From contig NC_092383.1 in NCBI RefSeq assembly GCF_030028105.1, positions 98,355,604 through 98,419,603 of the forward strand: a DNA stretch of 64,000 nt, written 5' to 3'. The translations under genes and the position numbers were made by a program. Source of the stretch: Mobula birostris. Taxonomy: Eukaryota. Shown in pieces: positions 35,742 through 64,000 of the stretch. Numbering within the stretch: the first letter of the stretch is position 1; every line of letters starts with the position of its first letter. Below the pieces are notes generated by a model. That model searched no databases. It saw only the letters and a program-made list of their open reading frames with translations, and was not told the origin of the DNA.

Positions 35742-37299
35742 CTGCCCCTTTTCTCGCAGTTCAGGGTCAGGGTTCGGGATAACAACCAGCCCAAAGTTAT
35801 GTATTGGGAGGGAGCAGGAAAACGAAGAGATGCCAATAACCAACTCCAGCCGATTGGAAAGGGGTTTCTACTCAATGGACAGCCATCTTTGCTGCTTTAA
35901 CCAATGGGACGGAGGCTTGGGGAGGGGTGGAGCTTCACGCAATCACTTCTGCTGGTTGTACTGTAATTTTCCCTTTATGCTAAACGCCTCCCTCGACCGT
36001 CTGGAGCACGTCTCCTTTGCTTTCAGCGCCGTGGCTGCCGCCTCCTCTGCTTCTTCAGCGCCACCGCCATCTTCCTCGGGTATAAATTGGTAGAGCCGCG
36101 ATGCCAGCCGGGAGTTGCAGTACAGTATAATGGTCCGCCCTTAAATGTTAACGCAGGCTTCTGAAATCAAACTACAACACCCGTCAGGCTGCTGGGTACA
36201 CGGGGAAAGGATGCGAATGGAGACATTGACGTCAGAGAGAGGCTGAGCATGGAGTTTCCGCGCTGTCCACTGGGAGATGTAGTCTATGTTTTGGAAAAGC
36301 GGTAATCATCCAATTAAGGATGTGGATACCAGAACTAACAATCCCATCGTACCATTCTGCGTCCCCAAATCACATGGACAGCATTTCCTCCAGGGAGTTT
36401 TAGTCCTACAATTGGCCACTCTGGAATTTTTAACTGTTTAGGTCTACAAATCCCAAAATGCAAGTGAGACTGAGAGGATCGTCTGAGCGCGTAACGTACT
36501 TTGTGACAGAAGGAGCAACGGGAATTATTTTGTTATGGGCATGGTGCTTTACATTATCCACAAGACTGATGACAAAAATGCTACCCAGCCAACACATTTT
36601 TTGTCCCTCTTTCCTCCGGGAGAAGGCTCAGGAGCTTGAAGACTCATATGGCCAGATTTGGGAACAGCTTCTTTCCAACCGTGATAAAACTGCTGAACGG
36701 ATCCTGACCCGGATCTGGGCCGTACCCTCCAAATATCCAGACCTGCCTCTCGGGTTTTTTTTGCACTACCTTACTTTCCCTTTTCTATTTTCTATTTATG
36801 ATTTATAATTTAAATCTTTATTATATTTGCTATCGATTTGTACTCCAAGGAGCGCGAAGCGCAGAATCAAATATCGCTGTGATGATTGTACGCTCTGGTA
36901 TCAATTGTTTGGGGACAATAAAGTAATAATAAATGTATTAAAACGTATATATTTTGAGATGCAGTAATTAGACTTATTTCATTTTAAGATGATCACACTA
37001 ATAACCACCTACTGCGAAACATGCTTGAACCTATTCGCTCACGAACATAGGATCCAAATAGACCTGTTATTTCGGTGGGCGGATTGTGATCCACATTTCA
37101 CAGACTGGGTCTGGGAAGTCTGATTCCTCAACAACATGGCGCTGGCACTAGCCGCCTCCCGTTTACCTGGGTGGAGACCTGCAGCTGACCTCAACAAGAT
37201 GGGGCCCGCACCTCTCAGTTGCCGCATTGTTCCTTTTGCCCCTCAGTAATACGGACATGACGTCACGCAGCATCGGCGAACGGTGAAGGTCGCGGGGCA
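35742..37299. promoter_or_regulatory. Head-to-head DEDD/NDUFS2 promoter region, including probable DEDD non-coding exon 1
   Basis: CpG-enriched patches; YY1 CCGCCATCTT 36064-36073; ACTACA..TCCC-type ZNF143/M4 motifs at 36110, 36171, 36271, 36334, 36393, 36443; TGACGTCA at 36227 and 37258; CCAAT boxes near 35833, 35852, 35901, 36310; minus-strand donor CAG|GTAACT at 35742/35741. Confidence 0.75.
36575..36925 (+). mobile_element. Rex1/Babar-type LINE 3' end inside the DEDD/NDUFS2 intergenic region
   Basis: SGRRLRSLKTHMARFGNSFFPTVIKLLN C-terminal motif, plus 3' UTR shared with 32127-32350. Confidence 0.78.
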
Positions 37300-58581
<21,282 letters not shown>

Positions 58582-59918
58582 GTGAGTGCAAGGGCAGGGT
58601 GGTCTGTCCCTCAGGGGGCCGTCTTGATGACAGACTCATCGGCAGACTTCTACCTTGGCAAAAATATGATTTCCCAGTAGATGAATGAATTGCCCCTATT
58701 GTGTTTATTCACTCTGTGGCTCTCTGTCAGTATTTGCTCTGTCCACCCAGTGATCTCTTCCCATGATGAAACTGAGAACAGTGTGTTACAGGAGTCAGGA
58801 GTTGGGCTTGTGAATGACATGATCTGTCCAATTGACAGGGTGCAACAGGGACTTCAGTCTGCGAGAGGTCACTGACATTGGTCCTTCCAGTACATTGGAA
58901 GGGGTTTCTGGGGTAGTGTTAGTGGGATCCCTCCAGTACCTTGAGGAGCATGCAATAGATGGTCCTGGCCTCTCAGGAGAGCAGGGTTAACTGTTGCCCA
59001 GTAGATCATGTCTTGTCTATAGGGGTCTTCACCCTTTTCTATGATCTACCAAAGGCTGTGCTGGTGCTTTGAAGGTGGTGGTGGATGTCTCATTTAACAA
59101 GATGCAGCTCCCAAATTATGAGAGGCAGTCCATTTTCCAGGGTCTCACTGGACCTGCTGAACAGTGGGGACAAGATGTTGGATGTTGCTTGAGGAAGAAT
59201 ATAATACCTGAAACGTGCACTTTTCCGAGCTCTGTGATGGCAAAAGGTCACCCAGTGGACAGAGGGAATGACTGAAGGATGTTCTCCTTCACCTCTGAAG
59301 AAGCACAACATTTACACAGCTTCCTGGGAATCTGTGGCCCACAACTTATCCAAGTGTCGAGGGAATGTTTAGAGTGGGATTGAGAATCTGGAGCTGTGGA
59401 TTTGGACCATCTCAAAAACTTCCCACCTCCCATCTGTCGAAGTATTTGGGTCCCAAAGAAACCTCAGGACCCACAGAACCTGAGCTTGGAAGAACAGCCT
59501 TGATTCCCAGGGGATGACTTGTAATAAGTGGTTAATTGACCAACCAGTTAATGGCCAGCAGACTGATTCTGATCATTGTCTCACTTCTTGATCAGCTTAA
59601 TTAGAAAATAATTACTTAACAATTAACTCACTAGTTTAGCATAACAAATCTGTTTATGGTATATTTATCAGGTTAGTGAGTTGACTAAGAGTTGCTTTGG
59701 CAAAGTAATTCATTTCATAACTAGTTAATCAATTCATTAACATTGGAGCCTCTACTAAATAGCACGATTTATTAGTCTATTCTGTTAATTAAATAGTTGA
59801 TTGGGTATTACCTAATAGCTTGTGTCATTTATTGCCTGAATATGATTATAAATGATTATCTAGCCACTCTTTAATGATTTTAATCAATTCTCTAATTGAA
59901 TCCTGGGTGTTTCTGATT

Positions 59919-60405
59919 GTTCACCAGATTGATTCCTGGGATGGCAGGACTTTCATATGAAGAAAGACTGGATGAACTAGGCTTGTACTCATTGGAATTT
60001 AGAAGATTGAGGGGGGGATCTGATTGAAACGTATAAAATCCTAAAGGGATTGGACAGGCTAGATGCAGGAAGATTGTTCCTGATTTTGGGGAAGTCCAGA
60101 ACGAGGGGTCACAGTTTGAGGATAAAGGGGAAGCCTTTTAGGACTGAGATTAGGAAAAACTTCTTCACACAGAGAGTGGTGAATCTGTGGAATTCTCTGC
60201 CACAGGAAACAGCTGAGGCCAGTTCATTGGCTATATTTAAGAGGGAGTTAGATATGGCCCTTGTGGCTACAGGGATCAGGGGGTATGGAGGGAAGGCTGG
60301 TGCAGGGTTCTGAGTTGGATGATCAGCCATGATCATAATAAATGACAGTGCAGGCTCGAAGGGCCGAATGGCCTACTCCTGCACCTATTTTCTATGTTTC
60401 TATGT
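59919..60405 (+). mobile_element. CR1 LINE 3' fragment (young subfamily)
   Basis: Near-identical to 1-482. Confidence 0.92.
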
Positions 60406-63400
60406 GTCCACGATATCCTGAAGTGGGAAGGTGAACAGCCAGAGGTCGTAGTACATGTTGTTACCAATGACATAGCTAGGAAAAGGGACGAGGTCCTGAA
60501 AACAGACTACAGGGAGTTAGGAAGGAAGTTGAGAAGCAGGACCTCAAAGGTAGTGATCTGAGAATTACTGCCTGTGCCACGCGACAGTAAGTATAGGAAT
60601 AGGGTGAGGTGGAGGATAAATGTGTGGCTGAGGGATTGGAACAGGGGGCAGGGATTCAGATATCTGGATCATTGGAACCTCTTTTGGGACAGGTGTGACC
60701 AAAAAGAATGGGTTGCACTTGAATCCAAGGGGGTCCAATATCCCGGCAGAGAGCTTTGCTAAGGCTGTTGGGGAGAGTTTAAACTAGGATCGCTGGGGGG
60801 TGGGAAACCGAACTGAAGAGATGGAGAAAGGGGCAGTTGGCTCACAAATAGAGAAAGCTTGGAGACAGTACGAGAGGGAAGATAGGCAGGTGATAGAGAA
60901 GGGATACGCTCAGACCGATGGTTTGAGATGTGTTTATTTTAATGCAGGAAGTATCATGAACAAAGCAGATGAGCTTAGAGCGTGGATCAGTACTTGGAGC
61001 TATGATGTGCCCATCACAGAGACCTGGATGACTGGGGCAGGAATGGTTACTTAGATTGCCAGGCTTTAGATGTTTCAGAAAGGACAGGGAGGGAGGCAAA
61101 AGAGGTGGAGGCGTGATACTGTTGATCAGAAATAGTGTCACGGCTGCAGAAAAGGAGGAAGTCATGTATGGATTTTCTACTGACTCTCTGTGGGTGGAAG
61201 TTAGCAACAGGAAGGGGTCAATAACTCTACTGAGTTTTTTATAGACCACCCAATAGTAACAGGGACATCGAGGAGCAAATAGGGAGACAGATTCTGGAAA
61301 GGTACAATAATAACAGGGGTGTTGTGATGGGAGATTTCAATTTCCCCAATATTGATTGGCATCTCACAAGAGCAAGGGGTTTAGTTGGGGTAGAGTTTGT
61401 TAGATGTGTTCAGGAAGGTTTTCTGACAGAATATTTAGGTAAGCTTACAAGAGGAGAGGTTATACTTGATCTGGGAAATGAACCTGGTCAGGTGTCAGGT
61501 TTCTCAGTGGGAGAGCATTTTGGAGATAGTGATCACAATTCTATCTCCTTTACCATAGCATTGGAGAGGGATAGGAACAGACAAATTAGGAAACGTTTAA
61601 TTGGGGTAAGGGGAAATATGAAGCTTTCAGGCAGGAACTTGGAAGCATAAATTGGGAACAGATGTTCTCAGGGAAATATATGGCAGAAATGTGGCAAATG
61701 TTCAGGGGATATTTGTATGGCATTTTGCATAGGTACGTTGCAATGAAACAGAGAAAGGATGGTAGGGTACAGGAACTATGGTGTACAAAGGCTGTTGAAA
61801 ATCCAGTCAAGAAGAAAAGAAGAGCTTATGAAAGGTTCAAGAAACTAGGTAACGATAGAGCTCTAGAAGATTATAAGGCTAGCAGGAAGGAGCTTAAGAA
61901 AAAAATTAGGAGAGCCAGGAGGGGCCATGAGAAGGCTTGGTGAGCAGGATTAAAGAAAACCCTAAGGTATTCTACAAGTATGTGAAGAGCAAGAGAATCA
62001 GACGTGAGAGAATAGGACCAATCAAGTGTGACAGTGGAAAATTGTGTCTGGAAACACAGGAGATAGCAGAGGTACTTAATGAGTACTTTGCTTCAGTATT
62101 CACTATGGAAAAGGATCATGGCAATTATAGGGATGACTTACAGCGGACTGAAAAGCTTGAGCATATAGACATTAAGAAAGAGGATGTACTGGAGCTTTTG
62201 GAAAGCATCAAGTTGGATAAGTTTCCGGGACCAGACGAGATGTACCCCAGGCTACTGTGGGAGGCGAAGGAGGAGATTGCTGAGCCTCTGGCAATGATCT
62301 TTGCATCATCAATGGGAATGGGAGAGGTTCCGGAAGATTGGAAGGTTGCAGATGTTGTGCCCTTATTCAAGAAAGGGAGTAGAGATAGCCCAGGAAATTA
62401 TAGACCCGTGAGTCTTACTTCATTGGTTGGTAAGTTGATGGAAAAGATCCTGAGAGGCAGGATTTATGAGCACTTGGAGAGACATAATATGATTAGGAAT
62501 AGTCAACACGGCTTTGTCAAAGGCAGGTTATGCCTTTCGAGCCTGACTGAATTTTTTGAGGATGTGACTAAACACATTGGTGAAGGACATGTAGTGTATA
62601 TGGATTTCAGCAAGGCATTTGATAAGGTACCCCATGCAAAGCTTATTGAGAAAGTAAGTAGTCATGGGATCCAAGGGGACCTTGCTTTGTGGATCCAGAA
62701 TTGACTTGACCACCGAAGGCAAAGAGTGGTTGTAGACGGGTCATATTCTGCATGGAGGTAGGTGACCAGTGGTGTGCCTCAGGGATCTGTTCTGGAACCC
62801 CTGAGAAACATAGAAAACCTACAGCACAATACAGGCCCTTCAGCCCACAAAGCTGTGTCGAACATGTCCTTACCTTAGATCTACCTCGGCTTACCTATAG
62901 CCCTCTGTTTTTGTCTTCTCTTCTTGATTTTTTATAAATGAACTGGATGATGAAGTGGAAGGAGGGGTTAGTAATTTGCTGATGACACAAAGGTTGGGTG
63001 TGTTGTGGATAGTGTGGAGGGCAGTCAGAGGTTACAGCGGGACATTGGTAGGATGCAAAGCTGAGCTGAGAAGTGTCAGATGGAGTTCAAACCAGGTAAG
63101 TGTGAGGTGGTAAGATTCTTGGCAGTGTGGTGGATCAGAGGGATCTTGGGGTCCGAGTCCATAGGACACTCAAAGCTGCTGCGCAGGTTGACTGTGTGGT
63201 TAAGAAGGCATACGGTGTATTGTCCTTCGTCAACCGTGGGATTGAGTTTAAGAGCCAAGAGGTAATGTTACAGCTATATCGGACCCTGGTCAGACCCCAC
63301 TTGGAGTATTGTGCTCAGTTCTGCTCACCTCACAACAGGAAGGATGTGGAAACCATTGAAAGGTTGGAGAGGAGATTTACAAGGGTGTTGCCTGGATTGA

Positions 63401-63833
63401 GGAGCATGCCTTATGAGAATAGGTTGAGTGAACTTGGCCTTTTCTCCTTGGAGTGACGGAAGATGAGAGGTGACCGGTTAGACATGTATAAGGTGATGAG
63501 ATGTATTGGTCGTGTGGATAGTCAAGAGACTTTTTCCCAGGGCTGAAATGGCTAACAGGAGAGGGCACAGTTTTAAGGTGCTTGGAAGTAGGTACAGAGG
63601 AGATGTCAAGGGTGCGTGTTTTACGCAGAGAGTGGTGAGTGTGTGGAATGGGCTGTCAGTGACGGTAGTGGAGGCTGATACGATAAGGGTCTTTTAAGAG
63701 ACTCCCGGATAGGTACATGGAGCTCAGAAAAATAGAGGGCTATGGGTAACCCTAGGTAACTTCTAAAGTAAGAACGTGTTTGGCACAGCATTGTGGGCTG
63801 AAGGGCCTGTATTGTACTGTAGGTTTTCTATGT
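60406..63833 (+). mobile_element. Long CR1 LINE: partial ORF1 esterase domain plus disrupted ORF2 (APE endonuclease and RT) and 3' UTR
   Basis: PEVVVHVVTNDI (ORF1 SGNH-like); YFNAGSI...ITETW, GDFNFP, SDHN (APE); [39 protein letters not shown] (RT); many stops and frameshifts. Confidence 0.94.
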
Positions 63834-64000
63834 CTCCACTTAATCATTGACAGGCTGAGAACCAGCTAGTTACTGAAATAATCTGATGTTTAACAAAATA
63901 AGTATGAATTAACTCCTACTAGTTTACTTGAATTTTTGTTGTACCATTTGGTTAAGTAACTCACCTGCTGACCGTCTGATTAATGTCGCCTGTCTTTGTC

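Noticed and set aside
61937-62704. 255-aa RT ORF as an active retrotransposon or domesticated gene
   Set aside because: Flanked by frameshifts and stops within a decayed CR1 ORF2

Overview
Vertebrate genomic DNA, most likely a cartilaginous fish (ray/skate-like; inferred from the repeat landscape, not database-confirmed). Three intron-containing genes can be reconstructed by hand from GT-AG junctions and reading-frame phase. (1) A complete CD2/SLAM-family Ig-superfamily receptor on + (leader 1048-1120, Cys-less V domain, C2 domain, Cys-rich TM, and a tail ending in YENI plus an ITSM, TVYTTI; stop 15377). (2) Complete DEDD on - (34911 to 19613, 4 coding exons, about 311 aa). (3) The first five coding exons of NDUFS2 on + (37300-58581, continuing beyond the window). 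DEDD and NDUFS2 are head-to-head across a CpG-containing region dense in ZNF143/M4-type, YY1, CRE and CCAAT motifs. All three gene types lie together at human 1q23. Introns are filled with degenerate CR1, Rex1/Babar, RTE and Penelope-like retroelements, V-SINE-like SINEs, two DD34E Tc1 transposons, a Harbinger-type MITE, hAT and Gypsy remnants, and several G/C-skewed minisatellites. Most ORFs in the supplied track are repeat or TE artefacts. I see no solid evidence of a wholly new biological system. The best leads are the ITSM-bearing SLAM-like receptor whose tail exons the ORF track misses, the bidirectional promoter with short upstream ORFs, hammerhead-ribozyme-like relics, and a minisatellite born from LINE coding sequence.
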